From Lama glama (Eukaryota), in contig CM052816.1 of assembly GCA_028534125.1 (NCBI GenBank), positions 53,570,001 through 53,634,000 of the forward strand: a stretch of DNA of 64,000 bases, given 5' to 3'. The notes beneath the pieces were generated by a model. The model saw only the letters and a list, made by a program, of their open reading frames with translations, was not told the origin of the DNA and ran no database searches. Shown here piece after piece: positions 40,338 to 53,485 of the stretch. The number at the start of each line of letters is the position of its first letter. Within the stretch, counting starts at the first letter, position 1. The translations under genes were made by a program, and so were the position numbers.

Positions 40338-43300
40338 AGCAGATCCGGGTGCAGCTCGCGAGGCCACCCAGCCGGCCGTGCCACTGAGCATGCCCGGTGC
40401 GCCGGGCTCCCGGCCGCCCGCGCCGCTCTTGGTTCGCCGCCCCGTTCCTTCGCGCCGGGATCCAGCGTTCCGGGCTTTGGCTACGACCGAGTAGGAACTA
40501 GGGGCGGAGGGAGCTGGGAGCAGAGAGCGGCGGTGAGGCCCGACCGAGATTCTGCATCAAGACGGGCCGAGTTGTCTAATCGACTTAAAGGCAGCCGGCC
40601 CCCTTTTGGCTGAGCGTAGTTTAGGGAAGAGGTGGCACTTTGTGGGCAAGAAAGACGTAAGCTGACCCCACTGCCCCAGGTTGGGAATGCAGTTTGGGAC
40701 GCAGGCTGCACACCTAGGGAAGGAATGGCTGCTTAACCCGGCGGAGAGGCGCGGGAAACTGGAGAAGCTCCTCACGAGTCTCCAAAGATCACACCCGCGA
40801 GGCCTGATCCTAGCTAATGAATTTGGCACACCTGGGAATCCCAGCTTCCCGTCTTCCGGTTTTTCCGACTCTAGGTAGCTGCTAAATCCCGGAAACCAGT
40901 ATTGGCGTTGAAGATCCCGACTGGCTCCACGTAGGTTTGGGGAAAAGAGATTCTGTACCAGGGTCCGGCCGTTGCCATCATCCTCCAGAATCTGCAAAAT
41001 GGCTACTTCCCCGGAAATGATCGCAGGGGGTGCACAGGTGCAGAGAGCAAGACCCTTAAGTTAATGTTAGTGGATGACGGAAAGATGCAATTTTTGTTTT
41101 CTTTCTAGCAAAATACACACCTCTGATTTTTTTCCTATTCACTACCCGACACCAGAGATGACCAAAAAATGAGTATGTGTGAAGGACTTATTTGTACCTC
41201 TCATTGCCCCACCCCTGAACTCAGAGGGCATCTCTTTCTTCCCTCTCTTCCTCTTGCTCTAACGGCAAAACACTTAGCAGATAAAACTACAAAAAGCCAG
41301 AATTATTTTCACTTGGTAGGTCTAATTCACTCAGAATTGGAAGGAACTAGAGTTAGTCTTCTTGGCCTTTTTGCATTATACAAAGTCACCTGGGAATAGT
41401 TTCTCCTCATTGTGAAAACACTAGCTAGAGACGACAGACAAAAAACCACGTTTGCTGTAATCTCTCTTTGAGGGGTTCCAGAATGGAATATATGACAAAG
41501 AAGCTGCTTCTAGGCAGCTGACTTGGAATGTCAACTAATAAAGACACAGCAGGCGGGAATAATCATGGTAGAGATGCAAGATTGGGGATGTGAAAAAGAG
41601 CAATCTATTGTGCTTGCCCTCCTATCCTCAGCAGCTGCCAGGAATCTAGTTTATAGCTCAGAGCTCAAAACGTGGCAGGTTCAAATCCCACTTCTGATAC
41701 TACTTGTGCTACCCACTTCACCTCTCTAAGTCTGTAACGAGTTTTTTCAGAATTAAATAAGATACAGAAAAGTGTCTTGGATGTATTTAGTGCCTAACAA
41801 ATAGCGTTGAATGTTTGAAAATGCCAAGGGGGCGCAGTCCTTTGTTCTTAAGTGTTTTTCCTCATCTCTCCTGATCTTGATTGCCTGATGGGCTTCTCTC
41901 ACCACTTTGGCCCTGACTCCCTCCACCTGTCCTCCAATTGGCTCAAAATAATCAGCTTCTGTTTATTATGCATCTACTAGGTTCCAAGACAATGAGGATC
42001 AGCTGAGCCTGCACTGCAGGATGGAAAGTTCCCACTATGCTGTGTTTTTGGCTAATGATATTAGCACTTAATGCAAAGATTTACAGACTTCACTGTTACA
42101 GAATCACTTGGAATATTTGTAAGGATGCAGACACCTACTTCTCCATATCTCCTAACCCTGAGACTTGGCTTTACAGGCTCTAAGGCAGGGGGCCCTGGAC
42201 TTACATTTTTAATTTTATTTTAAAATGTCTTTATATAAGAATACATTCTTTTATATAAATGCATTAATGCATTCATAGCATATACTATGCTACGAATAGC
42301 TTTAAAAAGGTTTAAACCTTTAAAAAATTTTTTTTCGTTTTCTTTTCTCACTTCACTTAACAACCTAGTACGTTCCTTTCAATATTATAATATTGTATAC
42401 ATACAAGCACATAATATGTCTCACACAAATGTATACAAACATATAATACATATTCATACAGACATGCTTTTATATAATCATGCAGAGTTTTGGCGTTGTC
42501 TTGAAAAACGGGATCATACATTTTTTTTCCTGCAACCTATTTTTCTCACTCAGTGGCGAAGTTTCTCAGTGAGATGTGCATTGGCAAAGAGACAGTCTAA
42601 GGTTTCTTACCCTAGTACACCACATAAATACGATCACTTTTTATGTGTAGCGTGACTATAAAGGTGAAAAAAATTGGGAAGCATAACCTAATGGAAATCT
42701 CTCTGAATCAATGGCTATGTGTCTAATGTATTCTTTTTAACAATTACAAAATCAGCATAGTTAAAGGACCCCAGGTGATTCTGATAGAGGTGATGTGCTG
42801 ACCACACCTCAAGAACACTGATACAAAGACATGCAGACACACGGTCCACAGGTGAGCTTGTTAATTACCTTTCATGAAATTTGGAATTACAGGACACGAG
42901 AACTGAAAGGACCTTTAGCCTCTCTCATGATCAAAGAAGAAACTGAATTTGGACAGTTTACGTCATTTGCCTCAGTCACAAAGGAAGTGGTTAGAGGAAC
43001 TAAGAACAGAACTCGGGTCTCTCAACTCACATTTCAGACATTAAATTGATAGGTTTGGTTGGTAATATTTCATATAGGAAGAAGAAATGCTATGTACAAG
43101 GTAGAGAGAGTGCATTACAGAAGGCTTCATCTGTTGGAGTAGTTCATTTTCTAGGAGCTGCCTCCTAAATTTCATAAAAGAATGAAGAATCAAAACCAGT
43201 TTCTAGACCCAGCTCTACCATAAACCAGCTGTGTGTCCTTAATCATAGCAGTTGACCTCTCTGAATTTCACACTAGTCAATCAACAAGTATTTGTTGAGC

Positions 43301-43678
43301 ACCTACCAAGTGGTGAACAATGTCTTAGATGTTGGAGATAAAGCAGTGAACAAGCTGTAAGGGGAGGGTCTGTTCCCAAGAAACTTCCTAGAAAGCCCAG
43401 GACATGGCTAAATGATATCTCAGGTACTTTGAACAGCTTTAACATTCTATTAATCTGTGCCAGTGGCTCAGCCCTCCCTAATTCTGTTTCTTCCTTTCCT
43501 TAGGGTCTGCCTCACCATCATCATGCTGCTTCTCCCTCCATCTTACTAATTTGTGAATCCATTAGGCCAGGGCTGTCGTTTGAATTCCATGTTTCCTATA
43601 CTGTCTAGCTTATGGCTGTTAAGTGTTAAGAAAATGTTAAGTGTTAAGAAAATGTCAAGTTAGAAATTTACATTTCCT

Positions 43679-43823
43679 GGGGGGAAGGGTATAGCTCAAG
43701 TGGTAGAGCGCATGCTTAGCATCCACGAGGTCCTGAGTTCAATTCCCGGTACCTCCATCGAAAAACTAAATAAATAAACGAAACTGATTACCTCCCCCAT
43801 GCAAAAAAAAAAAAAGAAAGAAA
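43679..43823 (+). mobile_element. tRNA-derived SINE (Vic-1-like)
   Basis: 'gggtatagctcaagtggtagagcgcatgcttagcatccacgaggtcctgagttcaattccc'. Perfect 15-bp TSD agaaatttacatttc (43662-43676 and 43824-43838). Confidence 0.93.
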
Positions 43824-44032
43824 AGAAATTTACATTTCTTATTTCAAAAGTGTCATTGGACTCTGGGTCCATTAATGGGTTACTAAAATTGAAATCCATC
43901 ATCTCTCACAGTGGACTCAGTCTCCAGCTATGCTGCTGCTGATACCCACCACACACTAACAGAAGCATAAGTGGCCCTCTGTTCTGCCACTGGCTACACT
44001 TCCAGGAGGGATCTGAGGAGATAAAGGCACCG

Positions 44033-44480
44033 TATGGTAGGCCAAATAATGGTCCTCCAAAGATGTTCACACTCTAATCCCTGGTACCTGTGAATGTGTC
44101 ACCTTACATGGCAAAAGGGACTTTGTAGATATGATGAAGACTAAGAACTTTGAGGTGGGAGAGTATCCTGCATTATCCAGGTGAGCCCAGTGGAATCATG
44201 TGAGCCCTTAAAAGTGGAAGGGAAGGCAGAAGAGTTGCCGGTTTGAGTACGGAGGAAGGGGTTCAGGAGCCAAGACATGAGAGTGACTTTTAGAAACTGG
44301 GAATAGCCCCCAAGCTGACAGCCAACAAGGAAATGAAAGCATGAGTCCTAAAGCCATGAGGATACATTCTGCCAACAGCCTAAACAAGCAAAGAAACAGT
44401 TCTCCCTGAGAGAGTCCAAAAAGTAACCCAGCCCTGTTGGCAACTTGATTATAGCCCTTGAGACCCATAGACAGATTCAT
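44033..44480 (+). mobile_element. MaLR LTR (MLT1D-like), 3'-truncated
   Basis: Starts 'tatggtaggccaaataatggtcctccaaagatg...ctaatccctgg..cctgtgaatgtg..accttacatggcaaaagggacttt', matching the recalled MLT1D 5' end. Confidence 0.8.
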
Positions 44481-45519
44481 ATCACTACCCATTATCTAGT
44501 CCAACCAGCTGCCACTAAAGTAATCACGTTTTCCCATGTGATTATATGCTGTTCAAGAGGCAAAATGGTCTGAGTAGCCTTTGGATCATTACATCATAGT
44601 GGCATTCTTTTATAATTGATTGGATAGAAGTATTGTGTAGTATGGGAACACAATAAACTTACCAAAACTAAGCGTACGTTTTGAGTCTCAGTTTATCTAT
44701 GACTATACATGCACATACAGTCCCTGCTGCCAAGAATGTCCTCCTCCCACTCCATTCTCACTTGTCAAGTCCAATCAACCCTTCATGGCCAATTTTGAAT
44801 AATGAAATCCTTACTGGCAATCCCTAATCCAAACTTGTGTCTGCTTTCCCATAGTATCTAAAATAATTCTGTATCTCTGTTATAGAATTCACAATACACC
44901 ATCACCTATGGGTATAAAGTTATCAGCACATTTCCAGCATATATGGTAATTCTCAATATTTGGAGTTAATGAATGTATGTGTCTCTGTCCATGATGTGAG
45001 CTCCTGAAGGCAGGGAGAAATTTTCATCTTTATATTATTTACAGAGCCTAGCACAGCATCTTGCTCAAAGAAGGTATTCAAGAAATAGTTGTGTTTACAG
45101 TTAAGATTCCTTAGCTTAAAAAAGAGATTGCCACTTAACATCTTTGGTCAGAGTAAGCCCAAATATAAAATTAAGAGTAAGCATTTTAGCAGTCAATACA
45201 AACAGAATTGTGCAACTACTGTAATAAAATCTTCTGGACTGAAAATCTGAATTCTAAACGACGACTTCATAGGAAGACCATGGAAGCATTTCAAATGGTA
45301 GAGCCAATGAGATGCAAAAACTAACTGTAGAGCTCGTTTTATTACCTAGAACAGTCTGCATAAGAACATTAGGTGAAGTTATCCTCATTTTGCAAGACAG
45401 AAAGACATTTTTGCACATATATATACATTAGGTACACACACAACATATATATATATATATACCTAAATATCAAGGAGGCATTTACCAGTGATTATATTTA
45501 AAATACTTTTTAAAAAAGT

Positions 45520-45780
45520 AAAATTGTATTATAGTAAAATATATAAATTATGTAGTAAATTATGGTATATAGTATATAATGTATGGTGTGGTAAAGTATG
45601 GTATATAATGGATATGGTATATAATATATAATAGTATATGATATATAATGTATATGATATATATGGTATATAATATATAGTATATAGTAAATTATATAGT
45701 AGTAAGAAAGTATATAAACATAGCTATATATATAGTTATATATAGCAGTATATGGTAATATATAAATATAGCTAAACAGT
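45520..45780. repeat. AT-rich low-complexity (TA/TAG/TGG-mixed) tract
   Basis: Degenerate repeats of 'tatggtatataat' and 'tatatagta'. Confidence 0.8.
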
Positions 45781-47549
45781 AAAATAAGTATTACGTCCTG
45801 TGACTACTTTGGATATTCAATCTGTTCTTGTGTGAATAGATAAAAAGACTACTGTTATTTTTATCTAAGTACATTTTCAGAGAACTGATTTTATTTTTTT
45901 CATGAACCATGAATTATATAATCGTACTTGATATTACCTAATGTCTATACAATTTCATGAAAGGCCTCAAAGTAAGGACAGTTTGTAATTCTTAGATTGC
46001 AGATTAGGCTTAAATTTTCAGGAAACTCCTGAAAGAAAGGAAATAATCACAGCAATCTAATCCATTTTCTGATCTCCTGAAAGAAATACCCCAAATCTTT
46101 TTTAGGTCTTTAAGGAAAGAAAGGTTGCTTTCAGGTTCTCCCTTTACTTTAATGCTGAGAATTTTTTTAAAGAAATCTCTTCTCTTCCTTACCTCATGAG
46201 AGGAGAAGGAAGAGATAGCCAGAAAGTCTTGAAGGCCTGGCATATGTCAGGCACTGAGATGCTGGAGGCTCAACAGATGTTTTCTCATATGCAACATACT
46301 TCCCGGAGGTGAGTATTATCATCTCATACAAATGAGAAAATGGAAACTCAGAGAAGTGAGGTGAATCTGAAAGTTATTTTAAGAATCATGTTGAGAATCT
46401 GGGGGTTTGTATTGTTTGTCCTGGCATTCTACATTAGGCTTTATTCTGTTGCCTGTATGGAGAAATCCATGTTGATTTTTCTAAAGAAGTAGCATAATCT
46501 TGTTGGTTTATTAAGCATGTCTTTGTAATTCATGCTTCCCCAGTGTCTATCAAATGACTGGAGTGACAGAAATGTGGATAACCATATTCATTGTCTCTGT
46601 CTGGGAACCCGAGCTCTCACTCCACCCCCACTGAATGATTTCCTCTGTCTGACCAGTCCAAGGATGGTGCAGCTGCCACAGTTGGCTTCCCCCCATTTGT
46701 GGCCTCAGGAACTTTGATGGTTCTGTCTGCCTCTTGGCATGGTTTTAGGCTCTAGAGCCGAGAGATGACAGTGTTCCTTCCATTAACACCAGTGTCCACC
46801 TGCTCAAACCTCATACTCTCTAGAGGTCTTAGCCAAGGCTGAGTTCTTCTGATATGACTTCCACAGGGAGGTTCTCATGATTTTAGGTGGGTTTTTTTTT
46901 TTTTTGGACTATGATCTGATGAATCACAGTTTTTCCTTTTGACCCTCTCTAAATTTTCACAGCCCCTCTCTCATGAAACCTGGCACACATGCTCCTGGGA
47001 ACTTGGTTACAAGACAATAGAAAGCCATCACAAGGCATTGCAAGCAAACTGTTATTTGATCCCTGACCACAACCATAACCCCTGGACCAACCCTGGGTAT
47101 CCTGACATTTTCCTACCTTGAAGCAACCTCCCTGGTCAAGGGTTGATTTCAAAGGTCAAAGCATAGAACTGTTCCTATTCTTAGTTCTAAAAGCTGCTTA
47201 GTCTGAGAACTGGGCATTATCTCCAACTTGTCTCATCATTCACTCTTCCAGAAGGTCCAGAAGGGCTCAGGCAAGTGTAACTCATGCAAATAATTAGAGA
47301 TATGCAAAGTAGTCTCTATTACATCATCCCAGGACTATTTATCTCATATTGACCTATAAGAAAAGAAATTGGAGAGGCTTATCTTTCAACTGTCAATCTC
47401 TAATTTCTCCCTTTCTTTGGTTCCTGCGATAGTCTTTCCTGGCAAGTCCTACTCAGGGAATTAGTTGCTCAACCCTCTGTAGAACAAGAGCACTCTGTTT
47501 ATATCTCCATCATCTATAGATATGATTACTTTGTATTGGTAATATAAGA

Positions 47550-47951
47550 ATTGGGTTCTGCCAAAAGCAGGATCTTGGGTGAAAGGGAGAAGAAACTTGG
47601 GTACGAGTAGTTTATTTGGGTGGTATTCCCAGGAAGCCAGAGTGAGGGAGAGGGAAGAATGAGTCAGATAAATAGAGAAAGCCAATAAAGGAGGGATTAA
47701 GAAGTTTGCAAGTGTGGGTATTGGTTGGGATTTTCTCAGGGGCATTCATCATATACACACACACATACACACACATTCACACACAATGCCAGTAGAGTAG
47801 CTTCAGGGAAATCCCTGAGGCAATAAAGCTGAGAAACTCAGTGGACACTAGTAATGACAAGCCATCAGCATTCATGGTTACTGACTACCATAGCTCAAGC
47901 CAGAAGTGGCCAAAAAATGTGATCTGGGGCATCAACCATGTCTATCATACA
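47550..47951 (-). mobile_element. ERVL-type LTR (LTR16/33-like), degenerate
   Basis: 'ttgggttctgccaaaagcag...agtagtttatttgggtggt.ttcccaggaag' resembles the reverse complement of old ERVL LTR 3' ends, including a reverse poly-A signal. Confidence 0.5.
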
Positions 47952-47992
47952 TTTAGATGTATCTCTGTCCCCCTTTAGATTATATATCCCTC

Positions 47993-48147
47993 GGGGGGGT
48001 ATAGCTTAGTGACAGAGTACATGCTTAGTATGCATGAGGTCCTGGGTTCAATCCTCAGTACCTCCATTTAAATAAATAAGTAAATAAATAAATACCCCCC
48101 CCAAAACTTTAAAAAATCAATCAATTAATTAAAACCAATTCTAAAAA
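47993..48147 (+). mobile_element. tRNA-derived SINE (Vic-1-like)
   Basis: Head 'gggtatagcttagtgacagagtacatgcttagtatgcatgaggtcctgggttcaatcc'. 16-bp TSD agattatatat(c/t)cctc at 47977-47992 and 48148-48163. Confidence 0.92.
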
Positions 48148-48246
48148 AGATTATATATTCCTCTGGGGTACACACTATGCCTTGATCATTTTCACATCCT
48201 TGATACTCAGCACAGCACCCAGCATAATATGAAATTAAATGATTGC

Positions 48247-48309
48247 ATGGATGGATGAATGGATGAGTGGATGGATGGGTGGATGGATGAGTGGATGGAT
48301 GGATGGATG
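48247..48309 (+). repeat. (GGAT)n imperfect tetranucleotide repeat, probably at an L2 3' end
   Basis: Run of atgg/gatg units following an L2-like 'cagcacagcacccagcata'. Confidence 0.85.
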
Positions 48310-50774
48310 TATGGAGTTAAGAAATTTCTTTCACATCAGATTTTCACTCACCTAACAGCTTTTCTAACCTTTTTTAAAAATTACTTTCTTTGTTAATAGT
48401 AGTTTTTGCTATACCTTCTAAATCTTTGCCATAAATGCTACATTTTACCATAGTACTTAAAAGCTGTAGTAAAAGTTTCTAAAAAGATTTTAAGAACAAT
48501 GAAATTTCCATTTAAAATTTTTTAAATTTATTTGCCTTCCTTTGCCTGCATTGTCATCTGCTTTTCCCATAAAGAGCACAGGAAAAAGAGTGATCATAAA
48601 ATAAGAACAGAAAATATCTACTTTGTCAGGCAAGGTTCCAAAGAAATTAGTCACATTTTCACAAGAGTATTGGACTAGTTTCCTGATTAAATTGTAGTTT
48701 GGTACACAAATGAATTTGAAAAATAAACTCAATGGAGATTTAGTGATGTGAGATTTAAAAATTAATGTTAACACAAGAATAATCAGACCAATAATTTCTA
48801 AATCAATGGAGTGAGGGTCCCAGAGCATTCGCTCAAGTTGAGAAGTTGAAAATTCAGACAAGTCTAAACGTGTCAGGGTAGCCTGTAGACAGGCTCTCCA
48901 GAGCACAACTTTAAGAGCATCGAGGAGCATCATGGGAAGGACAGTGGGAGATGCTGACAGCCAGCCTCTAAGCCTGAGGCCCCGAAACCACTGGGGAGCA
49001 GAAACTCCTCCTTTAGCCTCTGACAGGCAATGTGCTTGGTGGGGAAAGAATTCTGCCCCAGAGGAGGGGATGGGAGAGCCCAGGCTTGTTCTGTGAACAG
49101 GGCTGAGGTCTGAGAAAGAGGACAATTCTGGGTGCAGTGGGAGATTCATCACTCGATTGCCTTCCCATCCAGCCCTCGGAAACTCATGCCAAATTCCTAG
49201 GGAGAGAAAAGCTGTAATAGAGAGGAAGCTAAATAAAGAGCTATTATCACTAGAAGCACAGTAAGATACTGAGAACAGATTGCTCTGTGTCACGTGAGGG
49301 AAGAAACAACCTCAGTTCAGAATCAAGAACCTTGCCAATATTGGGAGAGAGGGGAGGAGGGGTTAGGCTGAGCAACAGGGGGTAAATAAATGTCATGCAC
49401 TTCCATGCAGAAGAAGAGGGAGGTCATGACGAAATGACTTGCAGAGAGAAGTAGAAACCTCAAGAGGAGAGGGTGAAGGCAGAGCTGAGACTCAAACCAC
49501 ACTTCCTGCCTTCTGGTGGGGCAGAATCATAAAGGACTCCTCTCATCCTCGAACCTTGTGACTGCCCACCTCAGGCTAAACCACACTGATCGAGACAGTC
49601 ACTTCTTACTAGACAACACTGGTTTTTGTTCCTTTATGTGGAAAGTTTCTGAAAATTCGACTTGATTAAACATACAAATGAGATACAGTATTAAATAGTT
49701 CTAAATATTTGTCAAAGTAAAGAAGTATATAAATAAGAAAGCTTATTTCAATTGATTATTAAACTTAATTCATATGTAAATACATGTGTTTTATTATATA
49801 AGCAATTGAAAAGTATTAGAAGAAAGGGTCTAGATAACCCTATGTCTTGAAATGATTTGGAAAAAAATTTTTTGAAGTGACATTTTGCACTTAGCCCACC
49901 AAACGAACAAGGAAATAAAAAGATTTGAAAAAATATAGAAAAATAATCCGAATGATTAAATCAACAATGCTAGGTCCACAAAAAGGTTATTATATAACCA
50001 TCAAAATGATGATTTTTAAAAATGTGTAATAACATGGAAAAACAGTGAATATAATAGTGAATAGGGGAAAGGTAAGATATACTGAATATTGTATATAAAC
50101 AGTAGAGATACAACTTCATTTTAAAAACCTAAAATTAGAAAAGAAAATAGATGAGACAACGGACTATTTGTTTTCTTTTTCTACAATGCTTTTCATTTAT
50201 TTAATGACCATCCATTATGTTAACAACCTAAAAATAAGTTCAGGAGAAAAAATATTTCTTAGTTTTGATTTAAACGATGTGAGTAAAAAAACCCAAATCT
50301 TCACAGAGCTTAGATTTGAAAAAAAATTAACTTTACAGATATAGATAAACTGTTTTGAATCAAATAATTCTGTACCTTAGCTTGTAAATCACCTTTTTTT
50401 CTCCTACATGGTCTGAAACAGGTATGTGAAAGATTAGAGAACTTGTGTGCCTGGCAGTTGCCTTGCTGAAAGGAGGCCCTCAGTAAACATTTATTGATGG
50501 CATGGTAGGTCCCTACTATGCTCTTTCCTAAAATTTAATCACCCTACTCAGTGCAAAACAAAACAAAACAATGTTTAGAGGTTTAAATCCAGCCTTAGAA
50601 AGGAGACTCCCTACATATCATCCTTTTTCTCGCCAGTGTTATTTGCCTGTGAATGTCTTAGGACCAAATATTGATACTGGCATTAATTATATTTTAAATT
50701 TGTAATTAATTTATTTTTGATCAGCAGGCACAAGAATGCTTCTGGAAAGTGATCTATGTCATAACTACTAGGAT

Positions 50775-51270
50775 TGTTGTTTAGGGTGCAAGCTGGCCAT
50801 ACCAGAAAGACCAACCATGTGATTTAAGTCACATGGTATCAGTTGACCCAGAGACCGAGTTCAACCATAGAAGTGAGAAATTGATCAGTTATGCCTATGG
50901 AATGAAGCTCCAATAAAACTCTGGACACCAAGACTCAGGTGATCTTCCCTGGTGATACTCCCTGCATATTGTCAGACATCAATGCTGGGAGGTTAATGGG
51001 TCCTCACTCCATGGGAAAGGACAACAAAAGCTTTGCATTTGGAACTCTCTTTGCGTTTGTTTTGAAACTCCCAACTGTGGCATGTTCATCTCTTCCTTTG
51101 GCTGATATTAATCTGTATCATTTCCCTGTAATAAACCACATCATGAGTATAACAATATTCAGTAAGTTCTGTGAATCCTTCTGGTGAATTATCAAACATG
51201 AGGGTGCTTTTAGGAACCTCTCAAACTTTCAGCAGTCCTGGGGACTGTGCCCTCAAACTCTGCAGTTTGA
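50775..51270 (+). mobile_element. MER21-like ERVL LTR
   Basis: 'gctggcca..ccagaaagaccaaccatgtgatt', 'aataaaactctggacacc', 'gtaagttctgtgaatccttctggtgaattatcaaac' are typical of MER21. Confidence 0.7.
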
Positions 51271-53124
51271 CTGACTCTAGGCTTGGAGATAATATGTAAA
51301 CAAATGTGTGGCTGATCTTGACCCTCAGGTTTGCCAACCCCTGTTCTAGTTCATTAAAATATCTGTACAACATAAGTGTGCCTGTGATTTGCTGTGATGC
51401 GTGTACAATGCATAGTTGTGTCCACACAAGTACAATATTCTACCAATCAGAATAGAATCTGTAACTGTCAAAATCTGCAGATATTTTGTCTATACACAGG
51501 GTAACTGAACTGCAATGCTTTTGTGACAAAACTGATGCTGAAAACAAAATAATACAAGTATCTTACTATGTGTGCTTCCCTCTTTGCTGCCCATCTCCAA
51601 TTAGATTTTTTTTAATGTTTGTGCCTTTGAAGAACTATAATACTTTGTAAATCAAGCTAAGTTTCCCACAGTGCTATTGTAGTAAGCAAATAATCCCCTC
51701 AGCATGTGTTTAGGACTACTATGCAGTGTAATTGGAATCCTGACATGCAAAAAAAAAAAATCACATTGAACAGTATTAACAATCTTGAGTGTCCTAGAAT
51801 TTTCCTGGGAAACAGGAACATTTTTGTACCTTTGGTCCATAAACAAAGAAATGCCAAACAACATCTGTTTTTAACATAAAAACATTTGTCTATATATCTT
51901 GGTCAACTTATGTCCCTCCATTCTAGTCAAAGAGATTATAGGGGAAAAAATCATATGGGAAACAGGCTGCACTCATTTTAAATCTGTTTTTCTTTTGGTG
52001 TAAACTGAATTTTCTGTTCTTGTCATATTCTTTCTCAGTATTAGACATTTTTGAGAAGGTAATAAACTCATTTTATTAGTAATTATTAACCATGGGTAAT
52101 TTAGTTCTTCATTGAACTTTCTGTGGTCGTTATTAAGTACCACAAGCTAGAATAATTTAATTGCCACATTATCCTAGCTGGCATGGATGACTCTTTCTAT
52201 GTGATGGATGTGCTGTAACTAAAATATCTACTGGCTAGATAGTCAGTCTCATCTACATGATATCAGAATATCTTGCAACACTGACCAGTTTCCTCTGTTT
52301 GGAATATTGGTAGGGAAGATATCTCACATTGGCAATATGGTGTCCACTTGCACTGAGCTGTTGCCTGGCATATGACAAATACTCTCTACTCAGCCAAGAT
52401 GTTCATTCAGTTTTCTGACAACTACACCAAGCTGACTTCAGGAGAGAGGGAGCAATGGGGGAAAACTCACATTCTTACATTACTCTGTTTCAGCTGTAAA
52501 CACAGGCATATTCCTAATGCCCCACCATGTGGATTACACTGGACCATAGCACTTGAAATTTTAGTGAAGGTTGAAAAATATTAAAGGAGAAGTAGAACAT
52601 ACAAAAGAAAAAATATAAAATGGAAATTTAGATATTAGTCATAGAGTCAATCAGCCATTGCTTTCCACTGAGGATCCCCTGTAGCGATTTTCCTCTTTAG
52701 CCCTTAGCATGTCACAAGTAGCCAAAGCCATCTTATCTTCCACAGTCATTATCTCAATCACGTCCTCCTTAACCAGAGTCAGCTCCAACTGCCACCAACC
52801 AAGCAAGAGGGTGAAGTCCTCCCCTCCCCTAATCCAAAGCTACTTTTATTCTTTCTCCAAAATACTAATAATAAGTCTACCATTTCTGCAGGAGAGATAT
52901 CCCCATCCTCATCTCAGAGATCCTTTGAACCCCATAACCTATGCAGAATAAATAAGTACAGTAGTTGACGGTACACTTCCCAAACTCTGACTCACTCAGT
53001 TATAAATGGCATCTCATGTGAGACATTAATTATTCAGTACATAGTACGCTGCAACAATCCAGTGCCGTTTCATTTTATAGTCTTTTCTTCAGTATGCAGA
53101 AAGGGAGAAATTAGACCTATGCAT

Positions 53125-53330
53125 CCCTTCTGGAAGTTCCTCAAAAAACTAAAAATAAAATTACCATATGATTCAGCAATTCGACTCCTGAGTGTATATC
53201 TGAAGAAAATGATAACTCTAATTCAAAAATACATGGACCCTAACGTTCAAAGCAGCATTATTTACAATAGCCAAGGTATGGAAGCAACATATGTGTTCAT
53301 CAACAGATGAATGGATAAAGAAGATGTGAG

Positions 53331-53366
<36 letters not shown>

Positions 53367-53485
53367 TCTAAATGGAATATTACTCAGCTGTAAAAAAAGA
53401 ATGAAATTTTGCTATTTGCAACAACATGGATGGACCTGGAGGGTATTATGCTTAGTGAAATAAGGCAGATAAAGACAAATACAAA
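53125..53485 (+). mobile_element. L1 ORF2-end/3' UTR fragment containing an (AC)15 microsatellite (53333-53362)
   Basis: WKFLKKLKIKLPYDSAI in ORF 53062-53310; 'gcaacaacatggatggacctggagggtattatgcttagtgaaataag'. Confidence 0.88.

Larger units (their letters stand above)
39580..41030. promoter_or_regulatory. CpG island / SCAMP1 promoter and first exon
   Basis: Abrupt switch to GC- and CpG-rich sequence in an AT-rich, CpG-poor window, surrounding exon 1. GC box GGGGCGGAG at 40501-40509. NRF1-like GAGCATGCCC near 40386-40395. No obvious TATA box. Edges approximate. Confidence 0.9.

Noticed and set aside
39469..40997. Cluster of overlapping Pro/Ala/Gly/Arg-rich ORFs on both strands
   Set aside because: Stop-codon scarcity in the CpG island and the GCC repeat explains them. 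Only 40163-40219 has protein identity and splice support.
43679..43760. tRNA-like sequences (also at 9762, 14326, 47993 and 54925)
   Set aside because: They have A-rich tails, mostly clear TSDs and diverged stems, so they are tRNA-derived SINE heads, not tRNA genes.
48490..49293. Longest ORF in the track (267 aa, minus strand)
   Set aside because: Non-ATG (GTG) start and no recognisable domain. It runs across a compositional boundary from probable old LTR-like sequence into AT-rich DNA, so it is best explained as a chance ORF.
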